NCBI GenBank assembly: GCA_021299995.1
Contig: JAJTIA010000025.1
Span: forward strand, 1,294 to 65,293
DNA: 64,000 nt
Direction: 5' to 3'
DNA from: Candidatus Jidaibacter sp.
Lineage (GTDB): Bacteria; Pseudomonadota; Alphaproteobacteria; Rickettsiales; Midichloriaceae
The translations under genes and the position numbers were made by a program. The first letter of the stretch is position 1; every line of letters begins with the position of its first letter. Positions 63,511-64,000 of the stretch are shown here, in pieces. The notes under the pieces were generated by a model. That model searched no databases. It was not told where the DNA came from and worked only from the letters and a program-made list of their open reading frames with translations.

Positions 63511-64000
63511 TTACTCGCTTCTACCCTCGCTAATTTGCAAAGAATCATTACTGAGTTTATACGCGTAATAGAATATTGCTATAGCTACTGATTTTGGTAT
63601 AGCGCCTGCCATACTAAAGTTGCCTTTTGGAACATCTATAATCTTTGCGCTTGGCAACTTATTTGCCTGCCTTTGCTGGTCACGTGTCAGCGCCGTATCA
63701 AAGGGGTGACCAAGCAGGCTAGCCATACCGCCAGCAATTGCTGTAGATCCATATTCCGTCTGTTTACTGTCACCCATATATGTTTTAAGGTGCTCATGAA
63801 TTGTCTCAGCTAACCATTCCGTACCTAAAAACGTAGATTCTCTAGCAACTATTGATGCACCCTGTTTGAGTGAAATAGATCTCAAAGATTCTTTCCAATT
63901 TACGCCCATAGTTTGGCCATTAAATAGTGCAAGGGGATATATGCTTAAGATGGATACGCTCAACAAGCTGCACACTTTTGATTGTAAGCCATCAAGCCCA
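63511..64000 (-). CDS. mitochondrial-carrier-family-like protein, C-terminal part (ORF open to the window edge)
   Basis: STAIAGGMASLLGHPFDTALTRDQ fits the helix plus P-x-[DE]-x-x-x-x-[KR] carrier signature. It is followed by GAIPKSVAIAIFYYAYKL. The frame stays open upstream of the GTG used by the ORF track. Confidence 0.5.
   Translation of the reverse strand, partial: GLDGLQSKVCSLLSVSILSIYPLALFNGQTMGVNWKESLRSISLKQGASIVARESTFLGTEWLAETIHEHLKTYMGDSKQTEYGSTAIAGGMASLLGHPFDTALTRDQQRQANKLPSAKIIDVPKGNFSMAGAIPKSVAIAIFYYAYKLSNDSLQISEGRSE

Noticed and set aside
1-64000. Search by eye for rRNA, tRNA, tmRNA/RNase P/SRP RNA signatures, CRISPR repeats, transposases, integrases, phage genes or known defence-system genes
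   Set aside because: No intergenic region shows a cloverleaf or T-loop (GGTTCGAAT-like) motif, or conserved RNase P or SRP motifs. There are no regularly spaced direct repeats. No ORF has transposase, integrase, restriction or Cas-like motifs. This visual inspection is not equivalent to running tRNAscan-SE or Infernal.

Overview
AT-rich, very gene-dense 64-kb chromosomal segment with many 4-bp start/stop overlaps. It reads like a reduced alphaproteobacterial intracellular symbiont (Rickettsiales/Holosporales-like). Taxon clues seen in the translations are a FliX-like flagellar regulator, a short ProRS (429 aa), an archaeal-type ValRS, a DUF1058-type SH3 protein after coaD, and orphan nuoG and flagellar export genes. 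No finer taxonomic assignment is possible from the sequence alone. Most genes are housekeeping: translation and RNA modification (rsmE, proS, valS, rpmH, rnpA, infA, hpf, rlmN, truB, rpsO, pnp, rsmD, two more pseudouridine synthases), membrane biogenesis (yidD, yidC), cofactor genes (acpS, ribF, coaD), Fe-S assembly (Nfu), respiration (nuoG, cydAB), chaperone clpB, priA, nrdB, tmk and a split yej-type peptide ABC transporter. Flagellar type III export genes (fliX, fliR, flhA, fliI) are scattered among unrelated genes. I saw no rRNA, tRNA, CRISPR array, transposase, integrase or recognisable defence gene. About eight lineage-specific ORFans are interspersed, and these are the best candidates for undescribed biology. 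(1) An orphan cassette at 43997-45940: a 346-aa protein, a tightly linked 120-aa partner, and a second partner copy with an in-frame stop. (2) A 939-aa protein with disordered Ser/Lys/Pro-rich termini. (3) A 469-aa protein built from two diverged ~185-aa repeats. (4) Eukaryote-like proteins: an ankyrin-repeat protein and a mitochondrial-carrier-like ORF at the window edge. (5) An elbB / secreted dioxygenase-like / tandem-repeat peptide operon. (6) A CsrA homologue next to a flagellar gene pair. All functional ideas for the ORFans are inference. No database search could be run.
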